Shown here: positions 24,086 through 36,631 of the stretch, piece after piece
Numbering within the stretch: position 1 is the first letter of the stretch
Layout: every line of letters starts with the position of its first letter
Assembly (NCBI GenBank): GCA_010093995.1
Contig: ML992506.1
Coordinates: 124,001-167,581 of the forward strand
From: Elsinoe ampelina
Taxonomy: Eukaryota
DNA length: 43,581 bases
Direction of reading: 5' to 3'
Notes under the pieces: model-generated
Database searches by the model: none
What the model was told of the DNA's origin: nothing
The model's input: the letters and a program-made list of their open reading frames with translations, nothing else
Program-made: the position numbers and the translations under genes

Positions 24086-24620
24086 CAAAGATGATACCCG
24101 ACTTGCCTCTTTTCCTGACTAGATATCCCCTCAAATCATGGTATGACGCCACGCAAGGCAAACACGGTCACGACGACACAACGGACCGGCTCGAGATGAA
24201 TAAAGTGGAATTGCGAGACACGTGGCGCAACGTATTGGGACACACGGGAGGGCAAAATCAGGAATCAGGCAGAGTGGCAACGTCACCGACTTCTTGGTAG
24301 CAAACATGTGATAGGGGACTCCCCTGGCACATGCCAGATGCTCGCAACTCTCTTTCCTATTCAACAAAGGACGGCTGGTTGGTAATGGGACAAAAGGACT
24401 GGATGGAGAGAGCATGGTCTGAAATATTCAAAAAGAGAAAGAAGCATATTGCGCGTGCAAGACGAAAGATGAAAGATTGAACATGATGATGAAAAGTGAA
24501 GACCTGCTTAAGATTGTCAAGAGTCAAGAGATGCCGTGAATATGAGGTCTCCGACTGTCATGGTCAGATGTCAGTACACCGTCGCCTCCTATCCACCTCA
24601 AGACACGCACACACTGGATA

Positions 24621-24645
24621 GGCAGGCAGGCAGGCAGGCAGGCAG
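24621..24645. repeat. (GGCA)6 microsatellite
   Basis: Sequence ggcaggcaggcaggcaggcaggcag read directly. Confidence 0.9.
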
Positions 24646-25933
24646 ACTCTTCTCGAGTGCGGGCCATCCCCAAGGGACTTGGTCCAAGAGCATCCGTGGC
24701 TCGTGCCCGAGACGCATCACGACACTTTCCACATTTCCATTCCACCGCACACTCGTGCACTAAACTTTCATGGACAAATGGCTGCAGCACCCGTACGGAC
24801 TACAGACCGATGGACCGCCACCTCTCGGCGTCAAACACATTCGATTGTCGACCGAGACCCATCTACAAAGACTTGAACGACGCTGGGGATCCACACAAAT
24901 CTCGCCAGCAATGAGTACGACCGGGCCAGAAGGGCAAAATCCACCGCCTACGCGAAACAGATCGACGCATGTCAAATTGTGGGGTTGACTTTTCTTGAGA
25001 TGGGCATCAAACCTGCTGTGCAAGACTAAGACTGCCTCCCCTCCCTTCCGTCCTTGCAGGCCACGTTGGGCTCTCAGGGACCTGGCAGCCGCTGTCACTG
25101 CCGACGACGACACCTGGGCGCATCGCCAAAGGTCACACTGCTTTTTCTCTCTATGAGAGGTATAAGAAGGGCCTGAGCCTGACACATCTGTTCTTGTACT
25201 TTACCGGCACTGGATGGCGGAGTCGGTCTGCACGTTGCGATGTCTGCTTGCTTGGGCGCCGACCGGGCTAGTGCGGCGCGGTTTGCGGCGCGGTTGGAGT
25301 GGGTATGTGGCACGGTAAGGTGGGTTGGGTGGCGTGGTGGGTGTAGGCGGATTTTTATATTGGGTCTCGTGCAGGCCGTTGTGTCTGGACTGTCGCTGAC
25401 GGTCGGTCGGAGGTAGCACTGGATTATATGGAGGAGGATTTTTGGTTCAGGCATGCTGGCATGTCCAGGTAATGTTCTGAGGTCGTGATGTGGAATGCAG
25501 GGTCTGGATGTGGATCTGCTCTGGGGTTGGGATTGCTAGGTGAAGACTGGCTGTACTGCTGGTACGTTCGTGAAACATCGTTCGATGGAGACAATCTTGT
25601 CGGTCATGGACTCTCACGACCTTGATGATGACGCAGCGTAGTCACTAAACAAGAGCGTGGGTGACACAACGCGAGCAGCAGCAGCAGCATTGGTAGAATA
25701 CAGAGGTAGTCAGCCGTGCATTACATTCGACGGCAAGCATATCTCGTGACGTGACCATGAACGACATCTGCCCTTTCTAAACTCGACAGACAAATACTAG
25801 ACTGATATCGACCAGCATCAACAAATCAAAAAGACACGGAATGTCAAATAAATCAGCAGCAGCAGCAAAAGCAAAAACAATCCCCACACTCGGGGCAGGC
25901 AAGGACAGACGTGCCGTACGCCTTCCTTGCCGC

Positions 25934-26875
25934 CTACTCTGTACCGACACCCCTCTTCTTGTCGGAAGGAGTCCTCTCGACGTCTTCCTTCATCTGGAGT
26001 TCCGACTTGTCGGCCTCGGTCTCATCGTCCCTGTTGTCGGGCTTGTTGTCCTTCTTCGGGGCAGCGACGTCGCCGGGCTTGCCGTCCAGACTGACGTTCT
26101 TCTCGGTGATCAGGCCCTTGAGCCATTGGTTCTCCATCTCGAGTTGGCCGATCCTGGCTTCGAGGATTTGGACCTTTTCTGTCATTTCCTTTGCGGTCTT
26201 TTCGAGGGCTTGCTCGCGTTGCTTCTTCTTGACGCGGAAACGGGCGGAGGCGGCCGTGTTACGGCGGCGTTTGTCTTCCTCGGCGACATAGCGGGCTTGC
26301 TCCTCGAGTTCAACGGGGTTGGGGATTGTGCCAGTGACGCCGGCCTTGCGCTTCTCGCCAGTCTGGGGTGCGCGTTGTTGGACATCAAGTGCGGTGGCAA
26401 AGTGTGCTGGAGAGGGAACAGTGGGTTGGGATTGTTGGAGTTGACCGGCAAAGGGGAGGCCGTTTGGCGGGGACGGTGGCAGTGAGGTGCGACCAGGCAG
26501 TGTCGGGTTCTGAGGGAATTGGGAGAATTGACCCTGGAAGAATTGTGGCTCTACGAAATATTGTCAGTATGACGATGTGTCGCGATTGTGGATGAAGGGA
26601 GACCAACGGCCCACGAAGCCTGCCTGTTCGTTTGCGATACTATGGGCGGGAGAAGACGGCTGCTGGCCGCTGCCAAATCGCATGCCATTCTGAATTTCGG
26701 AGACTGGCGCAATGGAGTCAAAATCGAAGAAATCGGCATTGGTAAAGGCATCGAGGTCGAGTCCGCTGTCAAAGTTGCCAAAGTCGTCCTGCTGGTTCAT
26801 TTCAGGCGTGATGCTGTTGAGACCGGCGATATAGGACGACACATTGGGTCCCCGACGATTATGGTACGAAGCCAT
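25934..26875 (-). CDS. metR: bZIP transcription factor, MetR/Cys-3 type (sulfur regulator). Intron 26551-26607
   Basis: N-terminal YHNRRGPNVSSYIAGLN and DLDAFTNADFFDFD. bZIP EEDKRRRNTAASARFRVKKKQREQALE...LEMENQWLKGLITEK. The GTTGGT donor was chosen because it restores the frame. Confidence 0.88.
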
Positions 26876-28145
26876 ATCGTAGAGGTTGATCGAGAGAGTT
26901 GTGGGAGAGGATCGAGAACAATAGTAGGTGAAAGAGGTTGTTTCGTCACTTGTGATGCGACGAAGGCGGGAGGGTGAAGGCTTTGTCAGCGATTGGGCGG
27001 GTAAAAAGTCTGCCGAGATCGATTTGGCCCTTTATTGTCTCTACGCAGTCGTGCAGTAGCCCCGCAGTCGAGTTCGATCGAGTCGACAATCAAGTCCTCG
27101 GTCGAGTTTTGTTAATAGTAATGGTAGAGGATGAAGTGAGGTTGAGCAGATCAAATCATGCGCGCGTGTGAGAAATGGTATTTGGTGTGGACACGCACAC
27201 GCACACCCAGGGGCCGTCCGTCCAACGGCGAAAGGGCTTGCGCAAGTTCCTTCCCAATAATGTGACACTGTGTGTGCGGGCAGTGGGTGAGGGCGAGGAG
27301 TCGTCGCGAGTCTGCACTCCACTCTCTTGCTCTCGAAAAGGCCCGAAAAAGGCCCAAAGAGGGCACCCGGTACACCCGATCAATCCCACGCACAGGGACA
27401 GTCAGGAAAGTCTCGCCCGTTGATCCCACGCTCGGCGCCGCCCTTTAGCCTCTACAGGGAGCGATCACAGTCATCACAGCGACCTGGGCGACCTGTGGCT
27501 GCATCCTCGCAATATATTACCAGCATAAAACTCAAGACGACGAAGGAACATGTCCCCCGCTCGTAAGGAGGGGTAGCCATCCTTCTGCAACAGGACATTG
27601 CATCGCAGACACAAAGTACATGGCTGTCCTCTTGGTCAATGTAAATTCTGCTTCTCCCGTGAGCCGCAGAAAGACCGGAAAGACTGGCGATTTAGAGTTG
27701 ATGCTGTACCAGATTTGCATCACCGTCCTCATATCCCGAGTTCTTTTGGTGTGTGTTGCCATACTGGCGGTCAACAAGACGAACTCATCGAGGGCAGCAA
27801 CCAGAGATGACTGTCTCACAATCTTCATCCGTCGTTGGCCTTTTCGCATGCGAGATGTTGCATGTCTAGGCGTGTTCCTGCTTCCCTTGGTCGGATATCT
27901 TCGCCCTGGTCGCTCCCGCAGTGGGATGCGATGCAGCGTCCAAGATTGAGGACGGCAAATCAGGGTCCGTCGCAGCGAGTCAAGTCCTGTATTATTGTGG
28001 TCAAGTTTTACCCTGCATACAGTCATAAGATCACAAAGACCTCGAGCACGACGCCATGCAAAAGACGCCATCCGCGCTGCTGCACGTCTTTCGTCTTTGC
28101 GGTGGTCCGGACCTAGCCCTGAAGCATCTGACGATACCCTGCAGA

Positions 28146-28186
28146 TGAAGGGTGAGCCTGAAGGGTGAGCTTGAGGGGTGAGCCTG
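28146..28186. repeat. Three-copy 13-bp tandem repeat TGA(A/G)GGGTGAGC(C/T)
   Basis: TGAAGGGTGAGCC TGAAGGGTGAGCT TGAGGGGTGAGCC TG, read directly. Confidence 0.8.
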
Positions 28187-28718
28187 CCGAGGAATATGCA
28201 TGGAAGCACTCGAGACTGGCTCGTGTCGCTGGTGACCTGCACGGTAGCTATCTACTTCTATTGTGAGGCTCAGCACCACCAGCCGTCATTTCATCAATCT
28301 CACTCTCGAGCATTGATATTTTCTTCATCTGTTGGGCATCTCAGACGGGTCCTTTCAACAACGGAAATAATACAGCGCCCAATGGCAGCGGGAAAAGCGC
28401 TGGGACGAATGACGTGTTTCGATTCGTGGAATTTGACCAGCAGATTTGAGCCGCGCCGGCCAGAGAGGCCCCAAAACCTCCGATGCATGTGAAACAGCCT
28501 TTTTACGACTACGAATCTTCAAAGGTACAGTTCATACCACACTTTCCAGCTTCACCTAACTTTCTGGTTGACTTGTGTCATAAGTGCCATTCTTACTGGG
28601 CACTTGGATCTATTACAATGCCCTCGAGGCTTTCTTAATTCCCCTCTTCTAGCTTTCCCTCAGCTTCCCCAGTTCTCGGCATACCTGGATCGACCGAGCA
28701 ATAAGGTAGTCCAACAAC

Positions 28719-30944
28719 ATGGCCGCGCGGAGAGGATCAAGGCTCCTCAAGGGCCTAGGATACACAGCCGGTGCCGGTGCCGTCACCGCCGGTGTCCTCT
28801 ACATCTCCTACCGACCGCGCAACATTCCCGGATCAGAGAGCGCTGTCGTAGCCCCTCCTACAGTCGGCGAAGGTGGAATCTTCCGGCCTCCCAACTTTCC
28901 CAAAGTCAAGAGCAGAGATGAACAAATAGAGGATCTCAAGGCCTCTGCTGCTGAGAACATCAAGGGTGCTGCGAGCAAGATCAAGTCGGCCCTCGGCGGG
29001 CAGCCTGAGCCAGCAGATGCAGAGGGCGAGGAATACGACCTGTTGATCATCGGAGGTGGAGCTACTGGCACTGGTGTCGCCCTTGATGCCGCCACTCGTG
29101 GACTGAAGGTAGCTCTTGTAGAGCGCGACGATTTCGCATCCGGCACGAGCAGTAAGAGCACAAAGTTGGTCCACGGAGGTGTCAGATATCTGGAAAAGGC
29201 CTTTTGGGAGCTCGACTACAGCCAGTATGCCCTGGTCAAGGAAGCTCTGCGCGAGAGGAGATACTTCCTGGACACTGCGCCTCATCTGTCCTCTTGGCTC
29301 CCAATCATGATTCCGGTCAACAAATGGTGGCAGGCGCCATACTTTTGGGCTGGCACAAAGGCTTACGATTTCCTGGCTGGTTCCGAGAACATCGAATCTT
29401 CCTACTTCCTCACCCGCAGCAAGGCTCTGGATGCATTCCCTATGCTCAAGAAGGACAACCTTGTCGGTGCTCTCGTCTACTACGATGGCGCTCACAACGA
29501 TTCTCGCATGAACATCTCACTCGCCATGACTGCTGCTCTGTATGGCGCAACTGTCGTCAACCATCTCGAAGTTACCGGACTCACAAAGGACGCCAATGGA
29601 CGGCTCAACGGAGCCATAGTCAAGGATCTCGTCCCGGAAAAGAATGGCCAAAAGGCATCTGAATTCAAAATCCGCGCAAAAGGTGTCATCAATGCTACAG
29701 GTCCCTTCTGCGATGCCGTCCGCAAGCTCGACGATCAGTCCGTACCTGAAATTGTTGCCCCCTCTTCCGGCGTCCACATCATCCTCCCTGGCTACTACTC
29801 TCCTTCCAACATGGGTCTGATCGATCCCAAGACATCGGATGGACGTGTCATCTTCTTCCTCCCATGGCAAGGCAACACCATTGCCGGTACCACCGACGCC
29901 CCCTGCAACATCGCTCAAAATCCCATCGCCGGTGAAGAAGAAATCAACTGGATCTTGTCCGAAGTGCAAAACTATCTCCAACCCGACATCACCGTACGCC
30001 GAGGCGACGTCCTCGCCGCCTGGTCCGGCATCCGCCCTCTCGTCCGCGACCCCAAGAAAGCCAAATCCGAAGGTCTCGTCCGCAACCACCTCGTCACCAC
30101 CTCGCCCTCCGGCCTCCTCACCATCTCGGGCGGCAAATGGACCACGTACCGCCAAATGGCCGAAGAAGCCGTCGACGAAGCCCTCGCCGAATTCAACCTC
30201 ACCACACGCCCGCTCACCGCCCCACCCCGGGTCTCCGGCACATCCGTCATCGACGCCGACGCCCCCCTGGACGGCACCTGCCAAACCCACCAGGTCAAAC
30301 TCGTCGGCGCCCACGGCTGGTCCAAAACCCTCTTCATCAACCTCATCCAACACTTTGGCGTCGAGACCGACGTGGCCAAACACCTCTGCGAAGCCTACGG
30401 CGACCGCGCGTGGCAAGTCGCCGCCCTCTGCGCGCCCACGGAATCCCGCTTCCCGGTCCGCGGGAAACGCATCTCGGCCCTCTACCCTTTCGTCGACGGC
30501 GAGGTGCGCTACGCCGTGCGCCACGAGTACGCCCAGTCCGCGACGGATGTGCTGGCGCGGAGGACGAGGTTGGCGTTCCTGAACGCGCAGGCGGCGTTGG
30601 AGGCGTTGCCCGGCGTCATCGATCTGATGGCCGAGGAGTTGAGGTGGAATTCTGCGCGCAAGGAGCACGAGTGGAAGAATGGGGTCGAGTTTTTGGGGAG
30701 TATGGGGTTGCCCAAGGGGAAGCTTGGGTTGAGCAGGAAGGATGTGGAGAGTGGCAAGGTGGGGAAATATGAGGATGAGGAGTTTGGGTTGTATGCTAGG
30801 CATGGTGAGTGGCTCTCTCGAGATGGTTGGGCGAACAAATGCTGATGAGATACAGATAAGCCGCAGGAGACGTTGGAGAGTGATAGCAAGTTCCCCAAGG
30901 GGACGAACCCGACTATTGGGGTTGATTCGCCAGCGAACAAGTAA
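28719..30944 (+). CDS. GUT2: Mitochondrial FAD-dependent glycerol-3-phosphate dehydrogenase. Intron 30805-30855
   Basis: DLLIIGGGATGTGVALDAATRGL, SGTSSKSTKLVHGGVRYL, WSGIRPL, GGKWTTYR, DVLARRTRLAFL. Confidence 0.96.
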
Positions 30945-31205
30945 GCGTTCGTTGGTAGAGCCAGGTGGGTATGCATGTTTGGTACAGTCAGGATGAATAT
31001 GGGATATAGCAACTGGTCATGGAAGGACGGATCAAAAAAACCATCAAGAGCGATCTCGACCTAGGCAACTTGTTGAATATAATTTCTGGATCTCTACTGC
31101 TGTAGCTGTGGCATCATTCCCCTTCCGTGACAATTTATTCTGTCGCTAGTCAATCATTATCACATCCTCCGCTCTCGTCCACGGCTCGGCGATGATGTCC
31201 TTACA

Positions 31206-34200
31206 TCAGACATCTAGACTCTCCCTGAATCTCAACACTGCATTGCCCTCCAACATCCCATCCACAGCCTCCGGTATCCCATGGAAGCTACTCGCTGGTG
31301 CCTTGGGCCTAGCGTCTGTCCCGCTTACGTCCGTGATGAGCACAAGTCCTGCAACCTTGATCGCCTCGCTCAGTGCTGGCACAAGGGCCAACAGTCTTGC
31401 CGAGCAAACTAGTCCCATGAAATTGTTCCCTTGAGCGACCCGCACCGCCTCCTTAACCGACATGGCGGCGCGACCCTCGCTGACGATGTGGGAGAGGTCA
31501 CTGCTGCGTGTGTCAGGCGTCGGAGTGACCCCCAAGTCGTTGCAGAGGAGGACAGGGTCTGGATGACGTCAGTAATTGCATCGTCCAAGACGACGGATAT
31601 GGACTTACAATTTGGCTGTTTCCAGTTGAGCCCAATGCAGACGTCCGGGTTGTAGGATGAGAAGACCACACCTCGCACCAGTCCTTCGTTGGCTTCTCGC
31701 ATCTGAGAAGCATGCTCGAAGATCACTGCGAGGATGCTGTCGATGACTGAGTTCATGTTGCTAGAGGGGCCGAGGTTGGAGGCATCCTCTTGTGTGCGAG
31801 AAGGATAGATGACATGTATGTCGAGGTGGATCTCGGGAGGAAGGAGGTTGACTACTTCTCTGAGAGGTGCACATGATGTGGCCAAAGCGTGTGCTAATGG
31901 TCTCGGATCGTGCGGGTAGGTGGAGATGGCTTGAGCAATCAGTTGAGAGATGGGTGGCTGTCTGGATGCAGCTGTGACTGCACTGAGTTGCTCAAATGTC
32001 AGGCGAGGGATCAGATCGTTGAAGATGCCGAATTGTGAAAGATTCGAGGAGACGGCCCAGCGAGGAAAGAGGACTGGGATGCCGTCTCGAGTGGTCTGTA
32101 CAAACACTCGAATGTAATCACCCGAGAGCGAGGAACCAGTGATCAAGGCGCTAGGCTGTGCACTGATCTGGCTGGTGGCCTTCCAGTATGTAGCGAATTG
32201 CGATACCTCCATTGGCACACCTCTGAAGGGTGTCACCACCTGATATTTGAATGTCATTCGCCCGATCGCCCTTAGCCGTGGGTCGAAGAGCTCCAAATGC
32301 CAGGTTCCGGAGCTGCTGCTTCTACTTGTGAAGACTCGTGATGATGCCGCTGCTCGAGCGATGATGCGACTTCCAAATGTCGGGTAGATGTCGAAATCTA
32401 TCGAGAACGTTTCTAGATTCTCAATCTGGAAGGAGATGTTCTTGTGTTCGTCTTGTATGGGAAGAGCTATGTTGCGAGGAATGAGATCTGATGATTTCGA
32501 GGATATTGTGAGTCTTGCTGCAGGGTATCTGTTGTCGCCATAGAATTCGATCGCGTTCGATCCTTGTGTATCAAAGCTGATGACGATGTACGTCTTGGTT
32601 GTATCGAGGAAGTTGTGGCCATATCGGCGGAGAGGAATGATTGGAGGTGGTAATGAGAGATCTGGTATCGACTCTGGCTCACCCCGGACTGGGAAAGGAG
32701 TCGCCGCTGTGATGGTGGGTGGCTGGACCGCAGCAATCGATGGCGACGTTCGCGAGAGGAGCTTATTTTGTGTTGCGACCTCGAGGAGTTTGAGGCAATC
32801 AAGATGACCCTCCCAGGCTGCGTAATACATGGCTGGAAGGCCTTTCTCGTCCAGCGCATCTGCGTTCGCACCAGACTCAAGCAAAGTCTGGACGCACTGT
32901 AAGTGGCCTTCGCTTGCCGCATGAAACAGTGGTGTCCATTGGTACAGCTTGTCTGGCTGATCAAGATCTGCACCATAATTCTTGAGCATGAGCAAGATCT
33001 TAGGACTTCGTCCTGAACGAGGCACCAGATGTTGGGGATACAGGCCTTCCGCATCTGGTAATATTTTGGGGTTCGACTGCAGCAGCAGGTCCACGATTGA
33101 TGCTGATCCATGCTGACATGCTAGATTCAACGGTATGTGGTCGGTTTCGCTGATTGGATCTATACGCGCGCCGAGCGAGAGTAGTGCTCGTACGACTTCA
33201 AAATGTGATTGCACGATACCATGTATCACAGGTGTAAAATTGTCCAGGTCCAGATAGTCCACCAAACGCACTTGGGTGAGGGTGTGATTTGATGCATTGT
33301 CACCTGCTTTTGGACCTTGTTGTGACCGATCAGCTGCGATCAGTGCTTCAATAGTGGCGACATGGCCTCGCATGCACGCGTAATGAAGTGGAATTCGACC
33401 ATAGACATCAATCGTTCTGATGTCCGCGCCACTCTGCAATGCTAGCGGCAGAGTGTCCTGACGACCAGATATTGCTAGCTCGTGCAGGCATGTTCGTTCA
33501 TTAATGTCATCCGCAAAGTGAATGTCCACGGTGCCGCTGCTGAGTAAAGCTTGCTGAGCTGGAACGGGTGCCTGGTTGATTGTGTTAAGGAAGAGTCGGC
33601 TGATACGCACTCGACCATGGTGATTCGCGGAAATCCTGTTGACCCAATCAATGACCAAGGAGACGTTGTTGGCGATGAAGGCTGTTTGTATCTGACTGTC
33701 AATATCACTCTCATCTTGGTCGCCTGGTCGTAGTTGTGGCGTCTGCTCGGCACTGGTCGTTCGAAACTCAAGATTCTCCCCTTCTGCCCATGCAGCGAGC
33801 TCAAGAAGACTCGTTGTGGCTTGATCGGAAAGGTCGCTTATGACATCCCTGTTGAAGCAGGGCTGGACTTCGACAGCTCTGGATAGATACAGTTCTTTCG
33901 TGCGAGACTTTCGAAATCAGGTTATGCGCAAGATTAGCACAGTCCTACATACCTTTGACGTCTTGTCCCACTGGTTCCTATTAGCACGGCAGACCTCAGC
34001 CTGATAGACGAGCATGGCTTACCTTCTTCAAGATCTTCGAAAACGCTGTTTGGTTAACTTCGACAAATTGCTGCGAAATATTAAAGTCATGCTACTAAGA
34101 TCGATGCGGACGCCTACTTGAAGCTTATCAAGATCGCTATTGAAGAGTCGGAAGCCTTCGTCCAGGGTGCGATAGACCGAGGAAAGCTTGGAAGCGGACG

Positions 34201-34752
34201 GGGCTCTTTGCTGTAAGGCTCGTTTCCGATCGAGTAGCGTGCGTAGTCGCAATTTCAGCTTTGGAGTATGAGCAGTGGAAATTTGCGTGAAAAGACATAT
34301 CGACGGACCTCTGCTTCCTTCTGCAAATAGAAGGTGTTGACCTTTTCGAGCTCTCGTTCCTGCGTTGATCAGTACTGTGCGATTTCTGGCGAGGGCCAAC
34401 ACATACCAATCTGAAGAAGAAGGTCGCCTTGTTCGCCTGTAGCGAGGCTTTTGAGTCAAGAGGCTCATCGCCTCCGAGGCTTCCAGGAGCCTGCGCATGG
34501 ATTATAGGAGTGGCGCTAAGCTTTTTGATGAGCTGGAAAGTGTCAGTATGAGGTCGATCGTTTGGTCAGAGTTGACGTGACCTTCTTGAGAGCCTTGTAA
34601 TCGACGAAACTGGCGGCATATTCTGGTATGTCCAGCTGTCGCTTCTGGATGTGCTTGCCGAACTTCCTGCGGGAAGAAGGTGTCAGGACAAGTGCAGAGA
34701 CGGTCGCTGACACTCGATGCGAGTGACCGGAGCATAGCAGTAACACTCACAT
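31206..34752 (-). CDS. PHO81: SPX + ankyrin + degenerate GDPD CDK inhibitor (Pho81/NUC-2). Introns 34667-34750, 34533-34581, 34360-34406, 34259-34308, 34071-34117, 33971-34022, 33908-33952, 31559-31608
   Basis: SPX: MKFGKHIQKRQL...VDYKALKKLIK, ERELEKVN, AFSKILKKWDKTSKS. Ankyrin repeats GRIPLHYA and WTPLFHAA. Also LPPPIIPLRRYGHNFLD, LNWKQPNYPV and AIKVAGLVLI. Confidence 0.93.
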
Positions 34753-35423
34753 GACTGCGAAGGCCGGAAACGGATGTCAGAGACCGTTACTACCAGTAAA
34801 TATGTCGAGGAGGGGCAATGGCGTGTTCAATCAACATTCGCTGTCTCTTCAGGTTGAAGGATCGGGATCGTCCATGGTCCTTGATTAATCTTGCATCAGA
34901 GGAGCTTCATTCCCAGCCGATCTCTTCTGCGAATCCAGGGGCAGCTGTATGAAGCTTTGTCGATGGCGAACAGAGAACGAAGTTGCAAAGACTGTCGAGT
35001 CGTGAAACATAGACTATCGATAAGCCCCGCTATGAGCTCAGGCGTCCGCGAAGAAAGCTTCCCACGCTGCAAGTAATCAACTTCGCGTCGATGCAGGCGC
35101 AATACGACTTCTTCTTGAGTCTTGAAGAGCAATGCTTCTCCGATAGCCAATCAAGTCAGCACGTTCTCTGCGATCCCGTGACGGCTCGGCTGCTGCCGAC
35201 ATGACTTGCATCACGGCTCTGTCATCCCACTCTCGAGTCATGCTCGAATCCTCGCGGAATTATGGCCGCCACATGTCGTGATGTCCAATCCAGCCCTTTC
35301 GACTTCAACCCCAAAACCGTTCATGGATGACAAAGCTGCGGTGCAGTATTTCAAGTGTCTTTTCGAGGCTTTTTCCGAGTAAGTCTACCAACAGGTAATC
35401 ATCTGTAATAACTTGCTGGCTTC

Positions 35424-36522
35424 ATGCCCCATCTGCGCATTTCCTACACACTTGTACTTCCTATCCTGGCTGCAATCATTCTCGCTGCAGTGTCTCCATC
35501 TTTCCGCTCTACCATCATAGTCTGGGCTGGTAGGAATATCTCAACTACGAGGCAAACAAGTAGGCCCTCGCGCCCGTCGTTCTCGAATATGGCACGTACT
35601 CCTGTCTACTTCCTTAGCCATGGCGGACCGAACATCATGTACGACACCGAGCATCCTGCGTATAAAAAGCTTCAAGAAATCGGCAAAGAGATCACGGAAA
35701 AGGTCCGACCAAAAGCCATCGTAGTCTTCTCGGCGCATTGGCAAGCAGAGCCAAACACAGTGGAGGTCAACACCGCTGAGATGAATCCTTTGATCTACGA
35801 GTGAGTGGACATGGGCAGACCCGTATAATTGCAAACTACTCACGTGTTATTCAGCTACTATGGCTTCCCCTCTCACTACTACGAGCACAAATTCCCAAAC
35901 GTGGGAAACAAAGCTTTGGCTGAGACGGTACTCCAGCGTCTTCGCAATGCAGGGATCAATGCACAAGGCGTCAAGCGCGGTCTTGACCACGGTGTCTTTG
36001 CACCCTTCACAGTGGCCTTCAATCCTCAAACAAACCCTCTGAGCATTCCGATCGTGCAAGCAAGTCTCTTCGATAGTGATGATCCAGATCAGCATTACAA
36101 GCTCGGCCAAGCAGTTGAGAGTCTGCGAGATGAGGGCGTCCAGATCATCGCCAGTGGAATGGCTGTCCATAATTTGCGAGACATGTTCGCGGCGATGAAC
36201 AGACCAACACCAATGCCGTACACTTTGTCGTTCGACAAAGCCTTGAAAGAAGCCGTTGAGCAAAAGGTAACGATGCCCTGCACGAAAGACGTGAGCATGG
36301 ACGCTAATAATAAAAACACAGCCTGAGGATCGACAAACAGCTCTCGCAGAACTCTTAAAGAGGTCGGATGCAAGACGAGCTCATCCATCATTCGAGCATT
36401 TATTGCCTATTCACATTGCCGCCGGTGCTGCAGGAAAAGATCCAGGCAAGCAATTCTGGACTTTGCCGCAGGGAAGCATGAGCTGGGCACAGTATCGTTT
36501 CGGTGAGATCCAAGCCGCTTAG
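35424..36522 (+). CDS. LigB-type extradiol ring-cleavage dioxygenase (DOPA 4,5-dioxygenase-like). Introns 35801-35854 and 36267-36321; second in-frame ATG at 35589
   Basis: FLSHGGP, FSAHW, LIYDYYGFP, RGLDHG, SGMAVHNLR, AHPSFEHLLP. Confidence 0.9.
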
Positions 36523-36631
36523 TCGTTCGTGGGAATCATCGGTTCTCGCATCAATGCATTTGTCGTCGGGTATCTGTACATAGCGAGTCCTTTTTAGTCT
36601 CTTTTACATGTTTGTTCTTGCGTCCCTCCAA

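Noticed and set aside
25186..25195. ATCTGTTCTT resembling U2 snRNA (also GCCTTTTTAC near 28497, resembling U5 loop I)
   Set aside because: Flanking conserved snRNA sequence and structure are missing.
27532..28242. 236-aa minus-strand ORF upstream of metR
   Set aside because: Non-ATG start as tracked, no recognisable domain, and overlapping ORFs of similar quality on the other strand. An orphan gene cannot be fully excluded.
29517..30803. 428-aa antisense ORF and other overlapping ORFs in GUT2
   Set aside because: Explained by extreme third-position bias in a highly conserved sense gene.
16892..34752. Phosphate cluster of VTC1, GUT2 and PHO81
   Set aside because: The genes are interspersed with unrelated ones. 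There is no CACGTG in the VTC1 promoter, and only isolated CACGTK hits (15574, 35160, 35841) compatible with chance.
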